Assembly (NCBI GenBank): GCA_040755455.1
Contig: JBFMAY010000011.1
Coordinates: 1 to 64,000 of the forward strand
Source of the DNA: Thermodesulfobacteriota bacterium
GTDB taxonomy: Bacteria; Desulfobacterota; Desulfobulbia; Desulfobulbales; SURF-16
DNA: 64,000 nucleotides
Reading direction: 5' to 3'
Part shown: positions 39,359-48,901 of the stretch, piece after piece
How positions within the stretch are numbered: position 1 is the stretch's first letter
How the letters are laid out: every line of letters starts with the position of its first letter
Program-made: the position numbers and the translations under genes
The notes under the pieces: generated by a model
The model's database searches: none
Told to the model about the DNA's origin: nothing
The model's input: only the letters and a program-made list of their open reading frames with translations

Positions 39359-39421
39359 TGGTCTTATTAGTCTTGCTGGTCCAACTGGTCCGGTTGGTCT
39401 AACTGGTCTTCCTGGTCAATT
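39359..39421. repeat. degenerate 9-bp tandem array (T[G/A]GTC-N4) x7
   Basis: tggtcttat tagtcttgc tggtccaac tggtccggt tggtctaac tggtcttcc tggtcaatt. Confidence 0.75.
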
Positions 39422-39438
39422 CTTCATGTCTGCCTGCC

Positions 39439-39511
39439 GTAGGAGCGGGCCATGCCCGCGACCATTCGCTATTGCGGAAACACCGTTATCGCGGGCATGG
39501 CCCGCTCCTGC
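39439..39511. repeat. GTAG-type REP doublet (REPIN-like)
   Basis: GTAGGAGCGGGCCATGCCCGCGA and its inverted copy (1 mismatch) 27 nt apart; each has an internal GCGGGC/GCCCGC hairpin. Confidence 0.8.
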
Positions 39512-39573
39512 CCCGGTGATCTTATTGGTCAAATGCATCGGACCAGTCAGACTAATCGGGCCAGTCAAACCAG

Positions 39574-40776
39574 TCAGACCTTTCGTAAAGCCTGCATGGT
39601 CATGCGCAACGCATTGAGCCGGATAAAACCGCCGGCATCAGACTGGGTGTAAACCTCATCTTCCTCAAAGGTGGCGAAGCTCGCCTGATACAGGGACTGG
39701 TCCGACTTGCGGCCCACCGGAGTGCAGTTGCCCTTGTAGAGTTTCAGCCGCACCACGCCGCTCACCGTTTCCTGGGCCGTGTCCATGGTCTTCTGCAGTA
39801 GCCGCATCTCCGGCGAGAACCAGAAGCCGTTATAGATGAGCTCGGAATAACGGGGCACCAGACTGTCGCGGATCTTCATCACCTCCCGGTCAAGGGTGAT
39901 GGTCTCCAGATCCCGGTGGGCGATGCGCAAAATGGTGCCGCCCGGCGTCTCGTAAACACCGCGGGATTTCATGCCGACAAAGCGGTTTTCCACCAGGTCA
40001 AGACGGCCGATGGCGTTCACCCCGCCCAGTTCATTCAAACGGGCCAGCATCCTGGCCGGGGAGAGTTTTTCCCCGTCAATGGCCACCGCATTGCCCTGCT
40101 CAAAGGCAAGCTCGATATAGGTCGGCTTGTCCGGGGCCTTCTCCGGGGAACGGGTCAACTTGAACATGGACTCATCCGGTTCATGCCACGGGTCCTCCAG
40201 AATACCCCCTTCAAAACTGATATGCAGCAGATTTTCATCGGAGCTATAGGGCTTCTCCTTGGTCACCGGGATGGGAATACCGTGTTTTTCCGCATAGGCG
40301 ATCAGTTTGGTTCTGGAGTTGAGCTTCCAGAGACGCCAGGGAGCGATAATGGTCAGCCTGGGAGCAATGGCCAGATAGGCCATTTCAAAGCGCACCTGAT
40401 CATTGCCCTTGCCGGTGGCGCCATGGCTCACCGCATCCGCCTGCTCGGCCTTAGCAATCCGCACCTGCTCCTTGGCGATCACCGGCCGGGCCAGGGAGGT
40501 ACCCAGCAGGTATGAGCCTTCATAAATGGCATTGGCCCGGAAGGCGGCAAAGACGTAGTCCCGGGCGAATTCCTCCTTCATGTCAGAGACAATAACCTTC
40601 TCGGCGCCGGTGGCCAGACCTTTCTGCCGCACCTTGTCCCAGTCCTCTTCCTGGCCGATATCCGCGGCATAGGCCACCACCGGGCACTGATACTCCTCCT
40701 GCAACCATTTCAGAATCACGGAGGTGTCGAGACCGCCGGAATAGGCCAGCACTATTTTCTTAACGTCCCCTGCCAT
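39574..40776 (-). CDS. argG: argininosuccinate synthase
   Basis: [35 protein letters not shown]. Confidence 0.97.
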   Translation of the reverse strand: MAGDVKKIVLAYSGGLDTSVILKWLQEEYQCPVVAYAADIGQEEDWDKVRQKGLATGAEKVIVSDMKEEFARDYVFAAFRANAIYEGSYLLGTSLARPVIAKEQVRIAKAEQADAVSHGATGKGNDQVRFEMAYLAIAPRLTIIAPWRLWKLNSRTKLIAYAEKHGIPIPVTKEKPYSSDENLLHISFEGGILEDPWHEPDESMFKLTRSPEKAPDKPTYIELAFEQGNAVAIDGEKLSPARMLARLNELGGVNAIGRLDLVENRFVGMKSRGVYETPGGTILRIAHRDLETITLDREVMKIRDSLVPRYSELIYNGFWFSPEMRLLQKTMDTAQETVSGVVRLKLYKGNCTPVGRKSDQSLYQASFATFEEDEVYTQSDAGGFIRLNALRMTMQALRKV

Positions 40777-40787
40777 GCGAAACTCCT

Positions 40788-41708
40788 TTAACCCTCTGCC
40801 AAGATATGTTTTTCTAAGATAGCCTTATGGATATGCATCTTGTTTTCCGCCTGGTCGAAGGCACAGCACTGCGTACCTTCCAGCACATCATCGGTGATCT
40901 CCTCGCCCCGATGGGCGGGCAGACAGTGCAGAACCGTGGCGCCCGGCCTGGCTGCGGCAAGCAGTTGCCGGTTGACCTGAAAAGTCTGAAAAATTTTCAC
41001 CCGTTCAGCCTGTTCATCCTCCTGGCCCATGCTGGCCCAGACGTCACAGTTGACCACATCCGCATCACGCACCGCCTCAACCGGGTCTCTGAAGAGGGTA
41101 ATCGGCTTCACCGCCTCTTTGGCGGCGGCAGCCATAACCGCCGCATCAGGATCATAACCCTGAGGGCAGGCCAGTTTCAGCTCAAAACCCAGGCGGCAGG
41201 CCGCCTGTATCCAGGTATTGGCCATATTGTTGCCGTCGCCGATCCAGGCAATTTTCAGCTTCGCGATGTCGCCCTTCACCTCCTCCACGGTCATAATGTC
41301 GCTTAACACCTGACAGGGATGAAAGAGATCGGTCAGGGCATTGATCACCGGCACCGTGGAGTAGCGGCCGAGCTCTTCAACCACTTCCTGGCCGAAGGTG
41401 CGCACCACCATGGCGTTGACGTAGCGGGACATCACCCTGGCCATATCCTTGAGCGGCTCGTTGCGGGCCAGCTGGGTATCACGGCTGGAGAGATAGATGA
41501 CCTGGCCTCCCAGCCCATACATGGCGGACTCAAAAGAGACGCGGGTCCTGGTTGACGGCTTCTCAAAGATCAGGCCGATAACCTTGCCGGCAAGCTGGTG
41601 GTGGAGGATGCCCTCCCGGGCTTCCTTTTTAAGCTGCATGGCCCTCCTGATATAGGAGTAAAGCTGCTGCTTATCAAAATCCCACAGGCGAAGAAGATGA
41701 TTTGACAT
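40788..41708 (-). CDS. argF: ornithine carbamoyltransferase
   Basis: [26 protein letters not shown]; likely start MSNHLL. Confidence 0.96.
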   Translation of the reverse strand: MSNHLLRLWDFDKQQLYSYIRRAMQLKKEAREGILHHQLAGKVIGLIFEKPSTRTRVSFESAMYGLGGQVIYLSSRDTQLARNEPLKDMARVMSRYVNAMVVRTFGQEVVEELGRYSTVPVINALTDLFHPCQVLSDIMTVEEVKGDIAKLKIAWIGDGNNMANTWIQAACRLGFELKLACPQGYDPDAAVMAAAAKEAVKPITLFRDPVEAVRDADVVNCDVWASMGQEDEQAERVKIFQTFQVNRQLLAAARPGATVLHCLPAHRGEEITDDVLEGTQCCAFDQAENKMHIHKAILEKHILAEG

Positions 41709-41903
41709 AAAATTCACACAAATTACATGAACCAGAGAGCCCACAGACTTCGCAGAAGAGCACATCTTGCGCTCTGCCAACTCTGTGGGCTCCAAGGCTC
41801 GTTTACTGTTGACGAGAAGTTATAATCAAAGAACTTTAAACGTAAATCAATACAAAAAAAGTATCTCTTTGGGAAGTTTTTTTTCCCGGGTGAGTTCCTT
41901 TTA

Positions 41904-43103
41904 CTATTTCCGCTTCTCCAGTGCCCAGAAAACATCCCGCAGCCGGCTGACCATGTCGTCAATCTGGCTTTCGCTGACCACCAGCGGCGGGATAAAGCGC
42001 AGGGCCACTCCTCCGGCAAAATTGGCCAGCACGCCTTGGGCGAAAAGACTTTTCACCATCTCAGCCCCCAGGCCGGCGCCGCGGCTGGTCAGCACCAGCC
42101 CCTGGATAAGCCCCAGCCCCCGCACCCCGGAGGCCAGCTCAGGAAACTGCTCGGCAAGCGCCTGCAGCCGGCCGGCAAGGTACTCCCCTTTCCGGACGAC
42201 CGAGGCCAGAAAGCCATCGGCCAGCATGGTTTTCATCACCGTTACCGCAGCGGCGCAGGCCACCGGATTGCCCCCGAAGGTGGAGGCATGATCACCCGGC
42301 GAGAAAGAGGCGGCGACCTCCTGCCTGGCCAGCATGGCGCCGATGGGCAGGCCGTTGCCCAGGGCCTTGGCCAGGGTCATGATGTCAGGCGCGATGCCGA
42401 AGTGCTCATAGGCAAACAGGGTGCCGGTTCGGCCCATTCCCACCTGCACCTCATCAAAGATGAGCACGAGCCCGTATTGGTCGCAGAGTTTTCTGATGCC
42501 CTGCAGATACTCCGCCGGCAGCGGCCGCACTCCGCCCTCACCCTGCAGGGGCTCGCAGAGGATACCGCAGGTCTTGTCGCTGATCATCCTCTCTAGGGCC
42601 GCCAGGTCGCCAAAGGGGGCATGGACGAAACCTTCGGGCAGCGGCTCAAAGCCCTTGTGGAATTTGGTCTGGCCGGTGGCCGCCACCGTGGCCAGGGTCC
42701 GGCCGTGGAACGAGCCCTCCAGGGAAATAATCTCATAGCGGCCGGGCCCGCCATGCTTGCGGGCCAGCTTGATGGCCGCTTCATTGACCTCGGCCCCGCT
42801 GTTGGCGAGAAAAACCCGGTCGGCGAAACTGCTTGTCACCAGCAGTTCGGCAAGTTCCGTCTGCGGCCGGGTATAATAGAGATTGGAGACATGCACGAGC
42901 TTGCCGGCCTGGGCGACAATCGCCTCGGTCACGGCGGGATGACAGTGCCCCAGGCTGCAGACCGCGATGCCTGCGACAAAATCAAGATATTCCCTGCCCG
43001 TATCATCCTTCAGCAGACATCCCTTGCCTTCCACCATCACTGCGGGAAAACGGCCGTAGGTGTTCATGAACAGGCTGTCGCTTTTTTCCATAATATTTGT
43101 CAT
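41904..43103 (-). CDS. argD: acetylornithine aminotransferase
   Basis: NSGAE, SFHGRT, DEVQVGMGRTG, LAKALGNG, STFGGNP. Confidence 0.95.
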   Translation of the reverse strand: MTNIMEKSDSLFMNTYGRFPAVMVEGKGCLLKDDTGREYLDFVAGIAVCSLGHCHPAVTEAIVAQAGKLVHVSNLYYTRPQTELAELLVTSSFADRVFLANSGAEVNEAAIKLARKHGGPGRYEIISLEGSFHGRTLATVAATGQTKFHKGFEPLPEGFVHAPFGDLAALERMISDKTCGILCEPLQGEGGVRPLPAEYLQGIRKLCDQYGLVLIFDEVQVGMGRTGTLFAYEHFGIAPDIMTLAKALGNGLPIGAMLARQEVAASFSPGDHASTFGGNPVACAAAVTVMKTMLADGFLASVVRKGEYLAGRLQALAEQFPELASGVRGLGLIQGLVLTSRGAGLGAEMVKSLFAQGVLANFAGGVALRFIPPLVVSESQIDDMVSRLRDVFWALEKRK

Positions 43104-43114
43104 TTCATCTTCCT

Positions 43115-43996
43115 TTAGCGAACGATCTCCGTGCCGATCCCCTCCCGGGTGAACATCTCCAGCAAAATGGCGTGTTTGAGGCGACCGTCAACGATATGGG
43201 CCTTGCCCACCCCCTGGGCCAGGGCCTCCTGGCAGCATCTGATCTTGGGAATCATGCCGCCCACCGCCACGCCGGAGGCAATCATCTCATCCCCCTCCCG
43301 GCTGGTCATGGAGGCAACCAGTTTGCCCTCGCGGTCAAGCACTCCCTCAACATCGGTGAGCAGGATCAGCTTTTCCGCCTTCAGCTGGGATGCCACGGCA
43401 CCGGCCACCAGATCCGCGTTGATATTATAAGACCCGCCGTCCTCGCCCACGCCCACCGGGGCAATGACCGGGATAAAATCCTGGCTGTCCAGGGTGATGA
43501 GCACCTCGGGATTGACCTGGGTGACCGCCCCTACCCGGCCCAAGTCAATCAATTCCGGCGGGGCATTTTCCGCCAGGCTCTTCATGACCTGCATCTTTTT
43601 GGCCTTGATCAGATCGCCGTCACGGCCGGACAAACCGATGGCCTTGCCGCCATGGAAATTGATGAGACCGACGATCTCCTTGTTCACCTTGCCCACCAGC
43701 ACCATCTCCACAACATCCATGGTCTCGCCGTCGGTGACGCGCAACCCATGGACATAGCTCGACTGGATGTTCATCTTCTGCAGAAACTTGTTGATCTGCG
43801 GACCGCCGCCATGCACCACCACCGGATTGATACCGATGTATTTCATCAAAATGATGTCAAGGGCGAAATTCTTCTTCAGCTCCTCGTCAACCATGGCATG
43901 CCCGCCATATTTGATGACAACGGTCTTTTTATAGAACTCCTTGATATAAGGAAGGGATTCAATGAGGATATTGGCCTTTTCGATACTTGTGTCCAT
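43115..43996 (-). CDS. argB: acetylglutamate kinase
   Basis: [28 protein letters not shown]. Confidence 0.97.
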   Translation of the reverse strand: MDTSIEKANILIESLPYIKEFYKKTVVIKYGGHAMVDEELKKNFALDIILMKYIGINPVVVHGGGPQINKFLQKMNIQSSYVHGLRVTDGETMDVVEMVLVGKVNKEIVGLINFHGGKAIGLSGRDGDLIKAKKMQVMKSLAENAPPELIDLGRVGAVTQVNPEVLITLDSQDFIPVIAPVGVGEDGGSYNINADLVAGAVASQLKAEKLILLTDVEGVLDREGKLVASMTSREGDEMIASGVAVGGMIPKIRCCQEALAQGVGKAHIVDGRLKHAILLEMFTREGIGTEIVR

Positions 43997-44333
43997 AATA
44001 ACCTGAAAACGTTGATTTTTTCAACCAGGCAACAAGTCGATACCGCAACCCGGCATGACGTCCCGCTGACCGGTCGCCGCCGGCTCACCCGGCAGATCGA
44101 CTCATTGCGTAACCAGTAACCAACCGCGCAGATGAGTAACGCAAGGGACAATTATTACATTATCGCCGCGGCCGAAGCAAAGAAAAAGCGCTGAATCATG
44201 CTGCTTATGCAATTTTAACGCCCTTCCTCTTTCCCTTCTTTACTTTCTTCCTTGCACCCAGTATTATTCGAGTAAACAGAGTATGCGGGAATAAGACAAA
44301 AAAACAGCAGGCTGAAATCACAACCTTAAAACA

Positions 44334-44858
44334 ATGACTGCCATGCGCAAAAAAATCTTTCTCCTTGGCTTTATCCTGGCAATGTTCCTGCCGGCCCCGG
44401 CCCTCTTCGCCCAGGAGACCAAAACGGATGAGCCCATCCACGTCGAGGCTGACCGCATGGTTTCAAAGCAGAAGGAGAATGCCGTTATTTTTTCAGGTAA
44501 TGTGGATGCAAAGCAGGGAATGCTTAACATTCATTCCGACGAAATGACGGTCTACCACCAGAGTCAGCCGGCCACGGCAGGGCCCAAGCAGGACGGCCCC
44601 CAGAAAATCCAGAAGCTTTATGCGGAGGGCAATGTGAAAATCGTCCAGGAAAATCTGGTGGCCACCGGCAACCACATGGAATTTTTCGCTGATGAGCGCA
44701 AGGTATTGCTGACGGGTGACACCAAGGTATGGCAGGATAACAACGTGGTGACCGGTGAGAAGGTCATGCTCGACCTCAAAACCGGGACCACCGTGGTTGA
44801 ACCCAATAAAGACAACGGTGGCCGGGTAAAGGCCTTCTTTTATCCGGAAAACCAGTGA
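44334..44858 (+). CDS. lptA: LPS transport periplasmic protein LptA
   Basis: signal peptide, PIHVEADRM, FSGNV, GRVKAFF; directly before lptB. Confidence 0.88.
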   Translation: MTAMRKKIFLLGFILAMFLPAPALFAQETKTDEPIHVEADRMVSKQKENAVIFSGNVDAKQGMLNIHSDEMTVYHQSQPATAGPKQDGPQKIQKLYAEGNVKIVQENLVATGNHMEFFADERKVLLTGDTKVWQDNNVVTGEKVMLDLKTGTTVVEPNKDNGGRVKAFFYPENQ

Positions 44859-45580
44859 TGGCATTGCTTGAAGCCAGAAATATCGTCAAGTCATACAAGA
44901 ACAGGCGGGTTGTCGATGGCATCTGCCTGCAGGTGGACAGCGGCAAGGTGATCGGCATGCTGGGGCCCAACGGCGCCGGCAAAACAACATCCTTTTACGC
45001 CATTGCCGGTTTTGTCCGGCCGGATGCCGGGCAGGTGCTGCTTGACGGCAAGGATATCACCGCCCTGCCGATTCACAAAAGGGCGCTGAACGGCATTTCC
45101 TATCTGGCCCAGGAACCGTCGATTTTTAAAAAGCTGACGGTTGAGGAAAATGTCAGAATTATCCTGGAGCCGCTGGGCGTGGCGAAAAAGGAGATCGACC
45201 GGCGGATCAGTCAGCTCATGCAGGAACTGAAAATCGAATATCTTGCCAAGAATAAAGGGCATGCTTTATCCGGCGGCGAACGGCGGCGGGTGGAAATCAT
45301 GCGGGCCCTTGCCACCAATCCGCGCTTTATCCTGCTTGATGAACCTTTTGCCGGCATTGATCCTTTATCGGTGGCGGACCTGCAGATCATTATCAAGGAG
45401 TTGAAAGAAAAGGGCCTTGGCGTGCTGATATCGGACCATAATGTCAGAGAGACCCTGTCTGTCTGCGATTTTGCGTATATTGTCAACAACGGCAGAACAT
45501 TAACCAGCGGGGTGGCGGAAGAAATCGTCAATTGCGAAGAGGCCCGCCGCATGTATCTTGGCCACGACTTTGTAATGTGA
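44858..45580 (+). CDS. lptB: LPS export ABC transporter ATPase
   Basis: GPNGAGKTT, QEPSIF, LSGGERRRVEI, LLDEPFAGIDP, DHNVRETL. Confidence 0.96.
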   Translation: MALLEARNIVKSYKNRRVVDGICLQVDSGKVIGMLGPNGAGKTTSFYAIAGFVRPDAGQVLLDGKDITALPIHKRALNGISYLAQEPSIFKKLTVEENVRIILEPLGVAKKEIDRRISQLMQELKIEYLAKNKGHALSGGERRRVEIMRALATNPRFILLDEPFAGIDPLSVADLQIIIKELKEKGLGVLISDHNVRETLSVCDFAYIVNNGRTLTSGVAEEIVNCEEARRMYLGHDFVM

Positions 45581-45652
45581 TAGCAAATACCAGCCAGTGC
45601 TATTATAGTAAAATTACGTAAAAATAAAAAAACTGCTTAAACAGAAAGAAAA

Positions 45653-47128
45653 ATGTCATTCCTGGAATTAAAACAACATCTTAAGCTCGCCCAGCAGCTG
45701 GTCATGACCCCCCAGTTGCAGCAGGCCATCAAGCTGCTCCAGCTTTCCCGCCTGGAGCTGGTGGACACCATTCAGCACGAGATTGAACAGAATCCGCTGC
45801 TGGAGGAGGAAGCTCCAGGAAGCCTTGCAGATACTGAGTCCGGCCAGGATATTGAGGCTCCGCCCGAAAGCGATATGCCGATTATCGCGGAAAAGACCAC
45901 CGAAGTTACCCTGGGAGAACATCCGTCAACATTGACGGAAATCGACTGGTCCGATTATGTCAATGAATACGAAAGCGGCGGCGCCTACAAGCCGCGCGAA
46001 TCACCCGGGGAAGACCAGCCCTCCCGCTTTGACATTCTCACCCAGACGCCGGACCTGCATAGCCATCTGAGCTGGCAGCTCAACCTTTCGGATGTCACGG
46101 AGGAAGAACGAAAGGTCGGTTTTTTCATCCTAGGCAATCTGGACCACGACGGTTTTCTCAAGGTCAGCGATGAGGAGATCATCGAAGCAACCGGCTGCGA
46201 TCCGCAGATGGCAAAGGACATGATCGACCTGATCCAGGATATGGATCCATCCGGGGTGGGTGCCCGCGATGTCAAGGAATCACTGCTGTTGCAGCTGAAA
46301 AGGCTGGGACTGGCGAACTCCCTGCCGGCAACAATCGTGCAGGATCATCTCCATTTTCTGGAAACAAAGAATTACGGCGCCATCAGCAAGGCCACCAGAC
46401 AGCCGATCAGCGATGTGCTCGCCGCCGTGAAGATTATAGTCGGCCTTGACCCCCATCCGGGCCGGGTCTACTCTGATGAATCGCCCCACTACATTCTGCC
46501 GGATGTCTTTATCCAGAAGATTGATGACGAATATGTCATCATGCTCAATGATGAAGGACTGCCCCGCCTGAAAATCAGCAGCTACTACCGGGAGATCCTC
46601 AAGGAGAAAAGAGGGCAGCAGGACGCAACCAAAGACTACATCCAGGAAAAGCTCAAATCCGCCGCCTGGCTCATCAAAAGCATCCAGCAGCGGCAGCGGA
46701 CCATTTACAAGGTGGTTGAGAGCATCCTGAAGTTTCAATACGACTTTTTCGAAAAAGGGGTCGCCTACCTTAAACCGCTGGTGCTCCGGGATGTGGCGGA
46801 AGACATCGAAATGCACGAATCCACCATCAGCCGCGTTACCACCAATAAATACGTGCACACGCCCCAGGGAATTTTTGAACTGAAATATTTCTTCACCTCC
46901 TCCATCGAGAGAAAGGACGGTGGCGACTCTCTTTCCTCGGAAAGCATCAAGGAACGTATCCGTCATATCATCCAGGGGGAGAACCCGGACAGACCGATGA
47001 GCGACCTGGCCCTTTCCGAGATATTTCAAAAGGATGGCATCCAGCTTGCCCGCCGGACCGTGGCAAAATATCGTGAGCAGCTTGGTATTCTCTCTTCCAA
47101 ATTCCGCAAACGGCCCAACCTAAACTGA
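45653..47128 (+). CDS. rpoN: RNA polymerase sigma-54 factor
   Basis: MTPQLQQAIKLLQL, HESTISR, ARRTVAKYRE (RpoN box). Confidence 0.98.
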   Translation: MSFLELKQHLKLAQQLVMTPQLQQAIKLLQLSRLELVDTIQHEIEQNPLLEEEAPGSLADTESGQDIEAPPESDMPIIAEKTTEVTLGEHPSTLTEIDWSDYVNEYESGGAYKPRESPGEDQPSRFDILTQTPDLHSHLSWQLNLSDVTEEERKVGFFILGNLDHDGFLKVSDEEIIEATGCDPQMAKDMIDLIQDMDPSGVGARDVKESLLLQLKRLGLANSLPATIVQDHLHFLETKNYGAISKATRQPISDVLAAVKIIVGLDPHPGRVYSDESPHYILPDVFIQKIDDEYVIMLNDEGLPRLKISSYYREILKEKRGQQDATKDYIQEKLKSAAWLIKSIQQRQRTIYKVVESILKFQYDFFEKGVAYLKPLVLRDVAEDIEMHESTISRVTTNKYVHTPQGIFELKYFFTSSIERKDGGDSLSSESIKERIRHIIQGENPDRPMSDLALSEIFQKDGIQLARRTVAKYREQLGILSSKFRKRPNLN

Positions 47129-47147
47129 TCCCTGATGACGCAACGTC

Positions 47148-47606
47148 GTGCTTGACACCATAACAGAAAATAGAATAGCCCCCCGCATGCAGGCGACCAC
47201 AAAGAAGGAGGCTCTGCACGAACTTACGGATCTGATGCACACCGCCTGCCCATCCTGCGGCAGCAAGCAAGATATTGTCACAATCCTCTCCGAAAGAGAA
47301 CAGATCGGCTCAACCGGCATTGGCGATGGTGTTGCCATTCCCCACGGCAAACTAGCCTGTCTTTCCCGGATAGAAATCTGCTTCGGCAGAAGCATTCCGG
47401 GTGTCCCGTTCGCCTCTGCCGACAACAAGCCTGTCCACCTCTTTTTTCTGCTGCTTGCCCCGACGGCTTCATCCGCCCCCTATCTCAAGGCCCTGGCCCG
47501 GCTTGCACGCTTTCTCAAAAGCCCGCATACCCGCTCCCGTCTACTCCATGCCGAGGGCGCCCATGAAATCGCCAACATCTTCGCCGAAACCAGTGAATTC
47601 ACATAA
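47148..47606 (+). CDS. ptsN: PTS IIA nitrogen-regulatory protein
   Basis: REQIGSTGIGDGVAIPHGK, DNKPVHLFFLL. Confidence 0.9.
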   Translation: MLDTITENRIAPRMQATTKKEALHELTDLMHTACPSCGSKQDIVTILSEREQIGSTGIGDGVAIPHGKLACLSRIEICFGRSIPGVPFASADNKPVHLFFLLLAPTASSAPYLKALARLARFLKSPHTRSRLLHAEGAHEIANIFAETSEFT

Positions 47607-48462
47607 ACTGCAGATCATCATCATCACCGGCCTGGCCGGCGCCGGCAAAACTACTGCTCTCAACGCCTTTGAGGATATGGGCTATTACGCCATTGACAAC
47701 CTGCCCGTCTTTCTCCTCAAGGAACTGCAGGACAAGGCCGGCACCGAGCACCTGCACAACAGAAAACTGGCGCTGGTCATGGACTGCCGCGACCCATCCT
47801 TCCTTCCCTCATTCACCTCTGTTGTCATGCAGGCCGGCAACAACCTGGACAAGGAAATCCTTTTTCTGGACTGCAACGAGGAAGTTCTGCTCAGGCGCTA
47901 CAGCCAGTTGCGCCGCCAGCATCCGCTGGCAACCGACGGCACGATCCGCGAGGCCGTCGTCAGAGAAAAACAAACCATGCAGCCTCTGCTGACGCAGGCC
48001 ACCAGGGTCATTGATACCTCCGGCATAACCCCCCACGAACTGGCAAGGCAGCTGCGCAAAATTTACGGCAATCAGGACGCAACGGACCGCTTTGTGATCA
48101 ACCTCATGTCGTTCGGCTTCAAACACGGCCCCCCGGCTGAAACAGACACCATCTGGGACGTCCGCTTCCTGCCCAATCCTTATTTCGTTCCCGAACTCAA
48201 ACCCCATACCGGCCTAGACGAGCAAGTGGCCCACTATGTATTGGAGAATGAGACAAGCCGCCGTTTTTTTGCCCTGCTCGAACCGCTGCTTGCATTTCTC
48301 ATCCCCCAATACATGAAGGAAGGAAAGGCCCAGTTCACCATCGGCATCGGCTGTACCGGCGGCAAACACCGTTCCGTAGCCGTCACCGAGAGGCTGAAAC
48401 AGGTCCTCACCAGCCAGCACCTCAAGCTCTTCGTCGATCATCGCGACATTGACAAGGCATGA
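47593..48462 (+). CDS. rapZ: RNase adapter RapZ (start uncertain, GTG)
   Basis: ITGLAGAGKT, IDNLP, SFGFKHG, DVRFLPNPYF, GCTGGKHRSV. Confidence 0.93.
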   Translation: MNSHKLQIIIITGLAGAGKTTALNAFEDMGYYAIDNLPVFLLKELQDKAGTEHLHNRKLALVMDCRDPSFLPSFTSVVMQAGNNLDKEILFLDCNEEVLLRRYSQLRRQHPLATDGTIREAVVREKQTMQPLLTQATRVIDTSGITPHELARQLRKIYGNQDATDRFVINLMSFGFKHGPPAETDTIWDVRFLPNPYFVPELKPHTGLDEQVAHYVLENETSRRFFALLEPLLAFLIPQYMKEGKAQFTIGIGCTGGKHRSVAVTERLKQVLTSQHLKLFVDHRDIDKA

Positions 48463-48901
48463 GCCGACAATCGACCATCAAGGACTGCCCCTGATCGCTT
48501 CACCGACCATCCCGCCCGTTGCTGCATATCGGCCAAGGTTTCACCGCCCTCAACCAGGGAACTCGACGGCGGCGACTCCTGCCTGTTCGAAGACTGGCGG
48601 CCGCCCCCCTGGTTGCTCAACTCCTGGGCCAACCAGTCCCAATGGGGCAGCGGGATAGAGGAGAGAGATGCCGTCATTGTGTCCACGGGAAAAAAGCTTG
48701 CCAAGACTTTCCCATTCAGGGTAAGTTCATTGACTATTTTGAAAAAAAAAATTAACGTGCTGGCAATTGAGACAAGTGCCGCTGGCCGATCTTTCTTTTC
48801 CCATGCTCAACGCCTCTCACGCATTCACGGTTCGCTCAATGGGCAACTCCACACATTTTGAGAGATCCGCACGGGACAACATAGTAACAGGATTATTCAA
48901 C

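Noticed and set aside
38112..39617. 501-aa plus-strand ORF
   Set aside because: Antisense shadow of argH; no motifs; expected in GC-rich coding DNA
41722..41822. SRP RNA or 6S RNA identity for the argF hairpin
   Set aside because: Lacks the SRP GGAA-loop/AGCAG motif and is too short for 6S
48438..48861. Short ORFs after rapZ, including a GGETLADMQQRA segment resembling histidine phosphatases
   Set aside because: No RHG motif, no RBS and conflicting overlapping frames; cannot be supported as a gene or pseudogene
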